DNA of 64,000 nt from an uncultured Candidatus Saccharibacteria bacterium (GTDB lineage Bacteria > Patescibacteriota > Minisyncoccia > UBA6257 > 2-01-FULL-56-20): assembly GCA_964456235.1 (NCBI GenBank), contig CAYWDX010000002.1, forward strand, positions 142,061-206,060, read 5' to 3'. Of this stretch, positions 1 through 8,731 are shown in pieces (the first letter of the stretch is position 1; each line of letters starts with the position of its first letter). Position numbers and translations under genes: made by a program. Under the pieces are notes generated by a model. It was not told the DNA's origin, did no database searches, and saw only the letters and a list, made by a program, of their open reading frames with translations.

Positions 1-219
1 GGTTTTTAAACCGAGACGACTCGCACCAACCGCGACATTAGAAGCATTCCCCACCGCGGGAGCAACAAAAAGAGATTCGTAGGGAATCTTATCGGCAAAC
101 GACATGCACAGCTGGCATCGTTCGTGGTTCAGGTCGCAATGCACCGACGCCTCATGCAGCTGGATGAACGCGTCGATCACAACGTCGCCAATGCAAACCA
201 AATCATAACCCTGCCTCAT
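1..219 (-). CDS. PfkB-family carbohydrate kinase (ribokinase-like), N-terminal fragment running off the window start
   Basis: Minus-strand translation from the ATG at 219 gives MRQGYDLVCIGDVVIDAFIQ...VAPAVGNASNVAVGASRLG, a ribokinase/PfkB N-terminal glycine-rich motif. The gene continues beyond position 1. Confidence 0.5.
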   Translation of the reverse strand, partial: MRQGYDLVCIGDVVIDAFIQLHEASVHCDLNHERCQLCMSFADKIPYESLFVAPAVGNASNVAVGASRLGLKT

Positions 220-238
220 GAGGTCTATTATACCGTTA

Positions 239-1228
239 TTAAGTTTTCCTTAAAACCCGCTTGACAGCCGCCTTGATGCCGGCAACGTCCATGCCATATT
301 TTTCGAGAAGCGCCTCGGGCGCGCCGGATTCGCCGAACATATCCTGCATGCCGACCAGTTCCATCGGCGTCGGCGCGTGCTTTGCGAGCGCTTCGGCGAC
401 GGCGCCACCCAAGCCGCCATTCACCTGATGCTCCTCCACCGTCACGACGGCGCCGATCTTCTTTGCGAGGTCGGTTATGGCTGTCGTGTCGAGCGGTTTT
501 ATCGTGTGTACGTTCAATACCACCGTCCCGATTTTTTCGCGGTCGAGGTCGCGGGCGGCGAGGAGCGCGTTGTGAAGCATAGCGCCGCAGGCGATGACGA
601 GCGCCCGGGGATTTTTTGATTCCCAAAAAATTTGCGCTTTGCCAGGAATGAAGGGCGTCGCCTCGGTCGTGAGGACCGGGGTCTTCTCGCGCTGGAAGCG
701 GAGGTAGACCGGGCCCCACATTTGGGATGCGGCCATCGTGGCCTTCTTGGCTTCGATCGCGTCGCACGGAACGATCACGCGCATGTTGGGCATCGCGCGC
801 ATCATCGCGATGTCCTCGGTCGCCTGGTGCGTTGCGCCGTCCGGCCCCACCGAAATCCCAGCGTGATGCCCCGCGATTTTCACATTTGAATTATTGTACG
901 CAATCGTCGTCCGGATTTGCTCCCAGTTGCGGCCCGGCGAAAACGTCGCATACGAAGCGATGAACGGGATCTTTCCGCTCACGCCCAATCCTGCGGCAAC
1001 GGTCGCCATGTTTTGTTCGGCGACGCCAAGTTCGACGAAGCGTTCAGGAAATTTTTTTGCGAACGCTTCGGTCCGCGTTGATTCCGTAAGGTCGGCGCAG
1101 AGCGCGACCACATTCGGATTTTTTTCTCCCGCCGCAACCAATCCCTCGCCGTACCCGTTGCGGGTCGGCGCCATCTCGACGTCAGAGGCGAAAAGTTTTT
1201 GGTTCAATTTTGCGGCGGCGGTGAGCAT
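239..1228 (-). CDS. tktB: transketolase, C-terminal (pyrimidine-binding) subunit of a split transketolase
   Basis: 329-aa ORF with ...EAFAKKFPERFVELGVAEQNMATVAAGL...GPDGATHQATEDIAMMRAMPNMRVIVPCDA..., the hallmark transketolase Pyr/C-terminal domain. Confidence 0.9.
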   Translation of the reverse strand: MLTAAAKLNQKLFASDVEMAPTRNGYGEGLVAAGEKNPNVVALCADLTESTRTEAFAKKFPERFVELGVAEQNMATVAAGLGVSGKIPFIASYATFSPGRNWEQIRTTIAYNNSNVKIAGHHAGISVGPDGATHQATEDIAMMRAMPNMRVIVPCDAIEAKKATMAASQMWGPVYLRFQREKTPVLTTEATPFIPGKAQIFWESKNPRALVIACGAMLHNALLAARDLDREKIGTVVLNVHTIKPLDTTAITDLAKKIGAVVTVEEHQVNGGLGGAVAEALAKHAPTPMELVGMQDMFGESGAPEALLEKYGMDVAGIKAAVKRVLRKT

Positions 1229-1232
1229 CTCG

Positions 1233-2195
1233 TTAGTAGGTCACCGGTCGCGGCAAAGCTTGAACAGGAACGTAACCTTTAGGATAGAGTTCTGGGTCGA
1301 TAATGCGATTGAAGCAAACCCTGCCAGCTTGGTGATCCCAGCTGTCATTAATCTTCTGAGGATAAAGATAAGCACCGGACGGCCCATTGGGCGCTGGCAG
1401 ATTAAAGTCAGCACACAGTTTAAACGTCGACGTACTTGCTGTTTCGTAGCCATACGATGCCCCTGATTGCGGATCCATGGGCGCTTTGTATCCAGAAATA
1501 CTATCGGTCAGGGCATCCAACGAATTGGGCAGATAGCGCTTATTCGTCCAATAATAAATAATTTGGCCTTGGATCCCGGAAAGGTCGCTCACTTTTTGCT
1601 GGTCAAATCGAACAAGGCGCGCACGAAAGGGCGATCCCGCCGTGAAGAAACCGCCAACCACCACGGCAATCACGCAGACTATCGCGACCCACACAAAAAG
1701 CTTTGCGCGATTCGAGAACCCAGTCGCGCCCGAGCGAAGATCGTAAAGGTAATACCAGAAGATCCCCACCCCCACGGCAAGAACGGCAAACACTTTAAGG
1801 ATAAAGCGGGTAGTAATTTCACCACCTAAAAAGTTATAGAGCAGCGCAACGAGGTCACCGATCACGAGAAGGGCGGCAAGAAAAAGGGTGAAATAGAGAA
1901 GCCATTTGCGGATGCGGATCTCGCTCCGGCTTGTGTTTGCCAAAAGTTCTTTATGCAAGTACCGTGCCACCCAAACAAAAACCGGGAAGACGATGATGAG
2001 TAGCGCAAGAGGCCATCGGATCGTACTTCCGGCACCATAATAGTAGTAATAGCCGTCGAGCTGGTCCGGGAAAGACATATTCGTGTATTCAAAGAGCAAA
2101 TTAATGATACTCCCCGCGCTCACATAGAGCGTTATGGTGGCGAGCAAATACATAAATACTTCTCGCGGAGTGCTTTTTATTGTTTGCGTATCCAT
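1233..2195 (-). CDS. polytopic membrane protein, DUF5671-like
   Basis: 320 aa with multiple hydrophobic helices and a YYYYGAG motif. It sits 5 nt upstream of tktB in the same operon. Confidence 0.5.
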   Translation of the reverse strand: MDTQTIKSTPREVFMYLLATITLYVSAGSIINLLFEYTNMSFPDQLDGYYYYYGAGSTIRWPLALLIIVFPVFVWVARYLHKELLANTSRSEIRIRKWLLYFTLFLAALLVIGDLVALLYNFLGGEITTRFILKVFAVLAVGVGIFWYYLYDLRSGATGFSNRAKLFVWVAIVCVIAVVVGGFFTAGSPFRARLVRFDQQKVSDLSGIQGQIIYYWTNKRYLPNSLDALTDSISGYKAPMDPQSGASYGYETASTSTFKLCADFNLPAPNGPSGAYLYPQKINDSWDHQAGRVCFNRIIDPELYPKGYVPVQALPRPVTY

Positions 2196-2212
2196 AGTAT
2201 TAGTTAGTTTTT

Positions 2213-3781
2213 TTATTCGTACTCATTCCTAATCTTACCGCGTAAGGTGCGGAGTTCGACGAGCGCTTTGCGCGCCTCTCCGGGCTTGAATGGTTTGCTG
2301 TGCCATAAATAGTCGTGCTCCATGAAATCAACTCCTTTGCCTGGAATCGTGTGCGCGATCACGCAGGTCGGTTTTTCATAGACAGCGCGCGCTTCGTTCA
2401 CCGCGGCAACGATTTCTTCAAAGTTGTGGCCGTCGATTTCGAGGACGTGCCAACCAAACGCTTCGTATTTTGCGCGGAGCGGTTCGAGCGGCATGATATT
2501 TTCCGTAAACCCGTCGATCTGGATATTATTGCGGTCCACGATCGCCGTGAGGTTGTTTAATTTATTTTTTCCGGCGAACATTACGGCCTCCCAGGTGTTC
2601 CCCTCCTCGTGCTCGCCATCCGACATCAGGCAATAGGTTCGCCACGAGGCGTGGTCGAGACGGGCCGCGAGCGCCATGCCGCACGCTTGCGAGAGGCCGC
2701 TGCCGAGCGGCCCGGAGGTGGTTTCGATGCCGGGCAAACTGCCACGGTGAGGGTGGCCCTGGAGGCGCGTGCCAATTTTCCGGAGCGTGCGCAATTCATC
2801 TACCGGGAAATATCCCGCGCGGGCAAGCGCCGCGTACTGCACCGGGCACACGTGTCCATTCGACAAGACAACGCGATCACGCCCCGGCCAACCCGGCCGC
2901 TTCGGATCGTGTTTCAAAAGATGGAAATAGAGCGCCGTTATCACTTCTGCCATATCGAGCGGCCCCGCAATATGGCCGGACCCTGCGCGCGAGACCATTT
3001 CAATCACGTCTTCCCGCAAGCGATTCGCCATAAATGCCATTTCCTCCAGCCGCTTTTCGGTAAGCGCTTCGGTGATCCGCGAACCCGACATCCGCGCCCG
3101 CTTCTCGAGCGTCTCACGGTACCATGTGGAACGCACCGGCGGCAGCGTCACGAGTTCGTCGTAGGCCTCAGCCGGATTTTTGCTCTTTAATATATAGCTT
3201 TCCGACGTAACCATGTCCGCACCCGCCTTTTTTGCCTGCCGCGCTGTCGTCGGCGTGATGCCGCCATCCACTTCGATCGTCGCGCCCGGCATGTGCTTGC
3301 GAATCCACTGCACCTTCCGCATCGTGAGCGGCAAAAACCGCTGCCCCGCCGGACCCGGATACACCGAAAGCACCTGGAACCATGACGTGTGTTTGAAAAA
3401 TGGTTCGAGCTTGCGCGCTTGCGTCTGCGGATTCGATGAGAGCATCACCTGCACGCCGCGCTTGTGGCATCGCGCAACGATCGCCGCAAACGTTTCTTCG
3501 CTCACCGTCTCCACGTGCACTACGAAGCGCTTCGCACCCGCCGCAAGCCATGATTCAATATGTTTTTCCGGATGTTCTACCATCAAGTGGACTTCGAGCG
3601 GAACGTGCGAGCGAAGATTTGCCCACTCCGTCGCATTCGCCCACGTCTTGTGGAACGTAAACGCGCCGTCCGCGACATCAAGATGCACGAAATCCCCGTC
3701 GCCCAAAAATGATTTTGCGATCTCAAGATGTTCGCGTGCCGTGCGAAAATCCGGACAATTGATGACGGGCAGAATTTTCAT
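2213..3781 (-). CDS. rpe-tktA: fusion protein: ribulose-phosphate 3-epimerase (N-terminal ~215 aa) + transketolase N-terminal TPP-binding subunit (C-terminal ~300 aa)
   Basis: N-terminal part has HLDVADG...EVHLMVEHPE...VYPGPAGQRF...EVDGGI (Rpe TIM-barrel motifs). C-terminal part has SGHIAGPLDMAEV...LSNGH...GPLGSGL...DGEHEEG (transketolase TPP domain). Single uninterrupted ORF. Confidence 0.85.
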   Translation of the reverse strand: MKILPVINCPDFRTAREHLEIAKSFLGDGDFVHLDVADGAFTFHKTWANATEWANLRSHVPLEVHLMVEHPEKHIESWLAAGAKRFVVHVETVSEETFAAIVARCHKRGVQVMLSSNPQTQARKLEPFFKHTSWFQVLSVYPGPAGQRFLPLTMRKVQWIRKHMPGATIEVDGGITPTTARQAKKAGADMVTSESYILKSKNPAEAYDELVTLPPVRSTWYRETLEKRARMSGSRITEALTEKRLEEMAFMANRLREDVIEMVSRAGSGHIAGPLDMAEVITALYFHLLKHDPKRPGWPGRDRVVLSNGHVCPVQYAALARAGYFPVDELRTLRKIGTRLQGHPHRGSLPGIETTSGPLGSGLSQACGMALAARLDHASWRTYCLMSDGEHEEGNTWEAVMFAGKNKLNNLTAIVDRNNIQIDGFTENIMPLEPLRAKYEAFGWHVLEIDGHNFEEIVAAVNEARAVYEKPTCVIAHTIPGKGVDFMEHDYLWHSKPFKPGEARKALVELRTLRGKIRNEYE

Positions 3782-3787
3782 AAAAAT

Positions 3788-4240
3788 TTAATGGCTGTTT
3801 TCAATTTGAGAAATTTTTGACAGGCGCCGCGAATATTTTTCTTCTTTCGCAAACGGCGTCGTCAAAAAAACTTTCGCCGTCTTCACCGCCGCGACCTCAT
3901 CAATAAAATCCGCGGCGAGGGCGAGCACATTCACATCGTCGTCGTGGCGGCCCTGGTAGGCGTGGTCCGGCGACATCGCAAGTCCCGCGCGCACCCCCGG
4001 GAATTTATTCGCCACGATATCTACGCCGAACCCGGACCGGCAGATCACGATCCCCCGCGCCGCATCCGGCGCCTCCGCCACCTTCCGCGCAACCGGCGCC
4101 GCATAATCCGGATAGTCATCGTCTATCGTCGGCGCCGCCGCACCCAGATCAACGACGTCGTAGGCCTCAGTCTTCAACGCGGCCTTCAGGCGCTCCTTCA
4201 ACGCAAAGCCGCCATGATCAGCGCCGAGGTAGATCGTCAT
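3788..4240 (-). CDS. rpiB: ribose-5-phosphate isomerase B
   Basis: 150 aa, MTIYLGADHGGFALKE...GIVICRSGFGVDIVANKFPGVRA: RpiB/LacAB family. Confidence 0.85.
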   Translation of the reverse strand: MTIYLGADHGGFALKERLKAALKTEAYDVVDLGAAAPTIDDDYPDYAAPVARKVAEAPDAARGIVICRSGFGVDIVANKFPGVRAGLAMSPDHAYQGRHDDDVNVLALAADFIDEVAAVKTAKVFLTTPFAKEEKYSRRLSKISQIENSH

Positions 4241-4293
4241 ACAAAAAATTATAACACGCCGCTATTCGAACGCCCGCCTTCCACGTTTCAGGA

Positions 4294-5325
4294 TTAGTGC
4301 GTTGCCGCAATCTTCTCCACGTGCTTCACAAGCGTGCTCACGTACCCCGCTTCGTTGTCGTACCAGGAAAGCACTTTCACAAGATCACCGTCCACCACTT
4401 TCGTAAAACCGAGATCAACGATCGCGCCGAAGGGCTCGCCCACAATATCATGCGAGACGAGTTGGTCGTTCGTCACTTTCAAAACTCCCTGCCAGCGCGG
4501 CGACGCCGCCGCATCCGTTAAAATTTTATTAACTTCCTCAACCGTCGTCGGTCGCTTCGCAACAAATGTGATGTCAGAAATTGACCCAACGATAGACGGC
4601 ACGCGGAACGACATGCCGTCGAACTTGCCCGCAAGCAACGGGATCGCGCGCGTGACGGCGATCGCCGCGCCCGTCGTTGACGGCGAAATGTTTTGCGCCG
4701 CAGCCCGCCCGCGCCGATAATCATGACTCCCCCGCACCGGTCCATCAACAACGCCCTGGGTCGCGGTGTACGAATGCACCGTAGAAAGCATCGCTTTCAC
4801 GATGCCAGGATTTTCTGAAAGAACCTGGATCACGGGTGACGCGGAATTCGTCGTGCACGACCCGTTCGACGTGATTTGGCAGGTATTGATCTCCGCATCG
4901 TTCACGCCCATCAAAACCGTCTTGCCATCGGCGCCATCTTCATCTTTCGCCGGCGCCGTGATCACGACGTGCTTCGCACCCGCCGCCAGATGAACTTTAT
5001 TTGCCGCGTATGATTCAAAAAGGCCCGTGGATTCCACGACGATATCAATATTCAACGCTCCCCACGGCAGCTGTGACGGATCCTTGACCTGCAAAAACTT
5101 CACCGGCATGCCATCTGCAAATAACGTGCCGCTTGCGGCATCGGCCGTCACTTCCTTATCATAGCGGCCGTAGACCGTGTCGTACTTCAAAAGATACGCC
5201 AGATTGTCTGCGTCCCCCAGGTCATTGAGCGCGACGATCTCGATGTTCGGATTGCCAAATGCCTGGCGGAAAAACAGGCGCCCGATGCGCCCAAACCCGT
5301 TAATCGCCACGCGGACTTTTGCCAT
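4294..5325 (-). CDS. gap: glyceraldehyde-3-phosphate dehydrogenase
   Basis: MAKVRVAINGFGRIGR...SNGSCTTN...WYDNEAGY; an AGAGGA RBS lies immediately upstream of the ATG at 5325. The ORF-track start at 5394 is an upstream in-frame extension. Confidence 0.9.
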   Translation of the reverse strand: MAKVRVAINGFGRIGRLFFRQAFGNPNIEIVALNDLGDADNLAYLLKYDTVYGRYDKEVTADAASGTLFADGMPVKFLQVKDPSQLPWGALNIDIVVESTGLFESYAANKVHLAAGAKHVVITAPAKDEDGADGKTVLMGVNDAEINTCQITSNGSCTTNSASPVIQVLSENPGIVKAMLSTVHSYTATQGVVDGPVRGSHDYRRGRAAAQNISPSTTGAAIAVTRAIPLLAGKFDGMSFRVPSIVGSISDITFVAKRPTTVEEVNKILTDAAASPRWQGVLKVTNDQLVSHDIVGEPFGAIVDLGFTKVVDGDLVKVLSWYDNEAGYVSTLVKHVEKIAATH

Positions 5326-5332
5326 TCCTCTA

Positions 5333-5845
5333 TTATATACCAAGCCGTACCGGATCGCCCACTTTAATTCCGGCTTTTGCGACGGATCCGGCATTCACTT
5401 CAAGAACTTTGTCCGTGCCATCGGGCGACTGGTAGATTTTCAGATTCCAAAGCGCCACGCCCGGCTGCGGGGCAGCATTTTCTGCAAATCCCAAAACCAC
5501 TTCGCCGTTCATGCCGCCATTCGCCTGTCCGCCCGCCGCGGCCGGTCCGATCCAGATCACGTCGATCGCAAAATTCATATCCTTCATCCAAAAGTTTTGG
5601 ACGGATGGTTTGCTAAATTCGAAAAGCATGCCGTGCCCGTCAAGAAGTGACGGACGGTAAGAAAGCCCGCGCGCTTGCGCCAAGCTCGACGTCGCAAGTT
5701 CAACCGTAAATGTCGCGGAGCCCACACGCACCTGATTGCCCGCGAGAGCCGGGTTTGCCCGGCGAAAAACCAGGACGTATGCCATGACCGCCCCGACGAT
5801 GAGCACGATGCCAATGATCGCGAGCATCATTTTCAATTTCAACAT
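5333..5845 (-). CDS. DUF192-family protein with N-terminal membrane anchor
   Basis: Internal ATG (MLKLKMMLAIIGIVLIVG...) chosen because it avoids overlap with the upstream gene. Contains the DUF192-like core GHGMLFEF...MKDMNFAIDVIW. Confidence 0.5.
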   Translation of the reverse strand: MLKLKMMLAIIGIVLIVGAVMAYVLVFRRANPALAGNQVRVGSATFTVELATSSLAQARGLSYRPSLLDGHGMLFEFSKPSVQNFWMKDMNFAIDVIWIGPAAAGGQANGGMNGEVVLGFAENAAPQPGVALWNLKIYQSPDGTDKVLEVNAGSVAKAGIKVGDPVRLGI

Positions 5846-5858
5846 TTTTCTTATGGTA

Positions 5859-6971
5859 TCACATGTTCGTAAAATCGTTCGCGTTATTATCGGTATCGAC
5901 AATCACCCCACTTTCAATTTTGCGCTGGAGGACCTGGCCAGCTGTCGGATTGGCTGCGACCGGCGCTCCTTCAAAAAATTGTCCCGCTCCTTCGCCCCAG
6001 GCAACCGCGTCGATTACGACACCTGACGCATCCATAAGCGCGGCGCTATTGTTGGCCGCAAGTGTCGCGCTGCTGGTTATATTGGCGCCTATTGAATCGC
6101 CGAATCCTCCTGCAGAATTTGCCCAGGTGAAATAGGCGCCGGGTGCGACCAGACTCTCGCTCGGGAAAACTTTTATCGAATACTCTGTCCCACTGCTTGA
6201 GCGCTTCCGCAATTTCCAACCGCTCACGTCCACCGGCATCGGCGTCGGGTTAAAGATTTTTATGAAATCGTTCGCGCTCGATGCGCCGGCAATCTGAACT
6301 CCCGCAATTACGACGTGCGCGGGCGCTGCTAGTCCTGCCGTTGGTGCCGAGGTTGATGTCGGTTGTGCTGGAAGTTGCATTGGAGGTTCTGGCGCCGGCG
6401 CCGACGGCTCCGGCAGCTCTGGCGGCGACTCGCTCGGTGTTGACGAGGGCGCCGAAGAAGGATCAGCGTCGAGTTGAACCTCGATGGTGCTTGTCGCGCT
6501 TGTTGTCGCGATTGTGGTCGCAGTTGTCGTGGTCATCACAATCACCGGAACAACCATCACGCTCGAAGATGGCATCGGCGGCTCCACCGGCAAAGCCAGC
6601 TTCGAAGTTGAAGCTGGTGGCGGATTAGGAATAGTACTCGTGATCAGATGTGGCGCCGGGGCAGGTCCAGGAGGAAGCGTCACTACTTTCGCCACGGATT
6701 TCGCCGGTGCCACAGTGGTTGTTTCTGCAGTTGTTTCTGCAGTCGTTTCTCTATAAATATTAGTGCGGGCTGCGATGTCGGCAGCATATCCCCCACTTCC
6801 GGGAGCGACTGCCTCCTGCCATGATTGCGCAATAACATCTTTGATGCGTATCGGCAGCTGCATCGCCTGCGCCGGAAACAGCGCGAACGCCGCCGCGACG
6901 CAAGCCGCAGAAATAGAGCTGGTCAAAATCAGCCGTCGTCTTCGCTTTTTCCTCACTTCTTCCAAAAACAT
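5859..6971 (-). CDS. secreted protein with Pro/Thr-rich linker and C-terminal lamin-tail (LTD) domain
   Basis: N-terminal signal-like segment and a low-complexity TTAETTAETTT/PAPAP linker. C-terminus has IKIFNPTPMPVDVSGWKL...VIDAVAWG, typical of the LTD fold. Confidence 0.55.
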   Translation of the reverse strand: MFLEEVRKKRRRRLILTSSISAACVAAAFALFPAQAMQLPIRIKDVIAQSWQEAVAPGSGGYAADIAARTNIYRETTAETTAETTTVAPAKSVAKVVTLPPGPAPAPHLITSTIPNPPPASTSKLALPVEPPMPSSSVMVVPVIVMTTTTATTIATTSATSTIEVQLDADPSSAPSSTPSESPPELPEPSAPAPEPPMQLPAQPTSTSAPTAGLAAPAHVVIAGVQIAGASSANDFIKIFNPTPMPVDVSGWKLRKRSSSGTEYSIKVFPSESLVAPGAYFTWANSAGGFGDSIGANITSSATLAANNSAALMDASGVVIDAVAWGEGAGQFFEGAPVAANPTAGQVLQRKIESGVIVDTDNNANDFTNM

Positions 6972-7078
6972 GACGGCATGCTAGCATATTGGTCATTAAA
7001 AAATGCTTAAGAAAATTTTGCGGCGGACGCCGCGCGCACGCTGACGTCCATGCCGAACGCGCGTGCTAGAATAAACGA

Positions 7079-7726
7079 ATGCGGCCCACGAACAGCCAGC
7101 TAAAAAAGACGCTCATTATCCTTACGGCGATTGCGCTCGCCCTCGGCGTGATTGTTGTGCTGGTCGTTTTCTATCCGGGTGATGTCGGCATCGGCGGCGT
7201 CGGCAGCTTTGTGCAAAATATAACCCCATCTGGATCTTCGAACGGATCGAATCAAACAATGGCTCCCTCGACGAGTGCAAGTATTCCCACGAGCTCGCAA
7301 AATATTGCTGCGGGCACGGGCGCGAGTTTTGTGAGCACATTTTCTGCGCCCTATCCGGTCAATTGGAATGATGCGCGCGAGCAGTTCTCGGTGATCGGTG
7401 CATCCTTCAGAGAAAACCAACTCACGCTGACGCTTTCAGTTAAGACGAGCGGGATCCCCGAGTGCGTGCCGCTCGATGTGCGCCTCGTGAAAAACGAGAG
7501 TGGTGATTTGCAAGCGCCCGACGCGCCGCAGTTTAGTTTTCCGGATACCGGAAGCTGCACCGGCGGCGCCAATGAAACTTATAGCGAGCCCGTTACGTTT
7601 ACGATCGACTCGTCCCTCGCCGGTCCTTATTTGCTGACGACCGGCGGTACAGCGAATTTATTTTTCACGGCGGCGACGTCTTCGGCTGGCGGTATTAATG
7701 TGGCGCTGCCGTCGACTTCTGGGTAG
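7079..7726 (+). CDS. hypothetical membrane-anchored secreted protein
   Basis: 215 aa with an N-terminal TM helix (LIILTAIALALGVIVVLVVF) followed by a Ser/Thr-rich region. No recognisable family. Confidence 0.45.
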   Translation: MRPTNSQLKKTLIILTAIALALGVIVVLVVFYPGDVGIGGVGSFVQNITPSGSSNGSNQTMAPSTSASIPTSSQNIAAGTGASFVSTFSAPYPVNWNDAREQFSVIGASFRENQLTLTLSVKTSGIPECVPLDVRLVKNESGDLQAPDAPQFSFPDTGSCTGGANETYSEPVTFTIDSSLAGPYLLTTGGTANLFFTAATSSAGGINVALPSTSG

Positions 7727-7759
7727 GCGCGCAATTTGCTGTGGCCGCGCGGCCGGCGG

Positions 7760-7788
7760 TTGAATTCGCGCGCTTGCTTTGCTAAACT
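7760..7788 (+). promoter_or_regulatory. candidate sigma70-type promoter for the intron-containing tRNA
   Basis: TTGAAT – 17 nt – TAAACT, ending ~11 nt before tRNA position +1. Confidence 0.3.
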
Positions 7789-7799
7789 CCATAACGTAT

Positions 7800-8119
7800 T
7801 CCGGCGTAGCTCAATGGTAGAGCGGCTCCCTGTGGATACGCAGCTTCCCGAAGTAATTCGGGTTGAAAATCGAGGTGAATTGCTGGAAGCCTAATGCGGT
7901 AATGCGAAGGTAATCAGCAGCCAAGCCCAGTCGTGATTTCAAGATCACGACTGCGGAAGGTTCAGAGACTATCCCGTAAGGGAGTACTCCGGATTGCATA
8001 AAGTGATCCGGCGGAAGCGCCTCGCCCCTGCAACAGGGTGAAGATATAGTCCACTCCTAATGGAAACATTGGGGTTACGTGTAAGGAGATGGTTCCAGGT
8101 TCGAGTCCTGGCGCCGGAG
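7800..8119 (+). tRNA. tRNA gene interrupted by a group I intron in the anticodon loop. Anticodon is UGU (Thr) if splicing is after U33, or GUU (Asn) if after position 35
   Basis: 5' half TCCGGCG-TA-GCTC-AATGGTA-GAGC-G-GCTCC-CU gives acceptor, D arm and 5' anticodon stem. 3' half GGAGA-TGGTT-CCAGG-TTCGAGT-CCTGG-CGCCGGA-G gives 3' anticodon stem, T arm and acceptor, with perfect 7-bp acceptor pairing. The two halves are separated by ~250 nt. Confidence 0.7.
7832..8079 (+). ncRNA. group I (IC3-like) self-splicing intron inside the tRNA
   Basis: Intron begins GUG like the Azoarcus/Anabaena tRNA introns. It contains a GNRA-capped hairpin (CCCGAA-GUAA-UUCGGG), a P4–P6-like GGUGAAUUGCUGGAAGCCUAAUGCGG (cf. 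Azoarcus GGUGUCAAAUUCGGCGAAACCUAAGCGCC), a 10-bp hairpin CAGUCGUGAU...AUCACGACUG, and a P7-like GUUCAGAGACUAUCCCG (cf. Azoarcus GUAGAGACUAGACGG). It ends in G. No internal ORF. Confidence 0.65.
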
Positions 8120-8123
8120 CAGC

Positions 8124-8157
8124 AAAAAAACATCTGTCCAAGGCAGATGTTTTTTAT
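8124..8157 (+). terminator. intrinsic terminator after the tRNA (A-run/hairpin/T-run, potentially bidirectional)
   Basis: AAAAAAA-CATCTG-tccaagg-CAGATG-TTTTTT. Confidence 0.6.
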
Positions 8158-8169
8158 TACCATTGAATT

Positions 8170-8481
8170 ATGAGCAAATTGAGAAAATATCTTAGCGGAG
8201 TGATCCTCGGTAATCTGGCTATACCATCGAATATTAAGTATGGAACAATGATCAGTAAACGAGACGGTGTCGAAGTCATTGAAGAACAAGAAGCGAAAAT
8301 TGAAGCCTGGGCAGGTGGACTTACGGGCGGCGTTGCAGAGGGAGGTGGCGGGAAAAGACGAGTACAACTTTGGTTAAAAGATAAGAAACTACATTGGCAT
8401 TGTACTGGTAATCCAAAAGATCACGATATTTTTTGTAAGCACTGCATTGCGGTCACCCTTTTTTTAAGAAAAAACCATTAA
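8170..8481 (+). CDS. hypothetical small protein in a low-GC island; C-terminal HxHC...CxHC zinc-finger-like motif
   Basis: 103-aa ORF in a conspicuously AT-rich ~570-bp segment. It carries LHWHCTGNPKDHDIFCKHC and has no clear RBS. Confidence 0.3.
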   Translation: MSKLRKYLSGVILGNLAIPSNIKYGTMISKRDGVEVIEEQEAKIEAWAGGLTGGVAEGGGGKRRVQLWLKDKKLHWHCTGNPKDHDIFCKHCIAVTLFLRKNH

Positions 8482-8731
8482 ATATTTGGGATAATCATTT
8501 GTTTAACTTATTTGAGAAATTGGGGACTGCAAAATGAAAAGTCGCTCTCCGGCGATTTTTCTTTTGTGAACATCACGTGAACGGCTGATCTCTGCCACTA
8601 TCGCTACCTCACCATTGTTTCATCCAGGGCACTTTATCGTTCAAAGGCGTGCCTTTCTGAATAGTCGAACCGGAGAGGAGCGCCGACAATAACGTCGAAA
8701 CAAAACAAACGAAAACGAAAATTAAAAAATC

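Noticed and set aside
7811-8367. ORF-track frames 7811–7999(-) and 7969–8367(-)
   Set aside because: They lie across the tRNA exons and the group I intron; the RNA interpretation explains the sequence much better.
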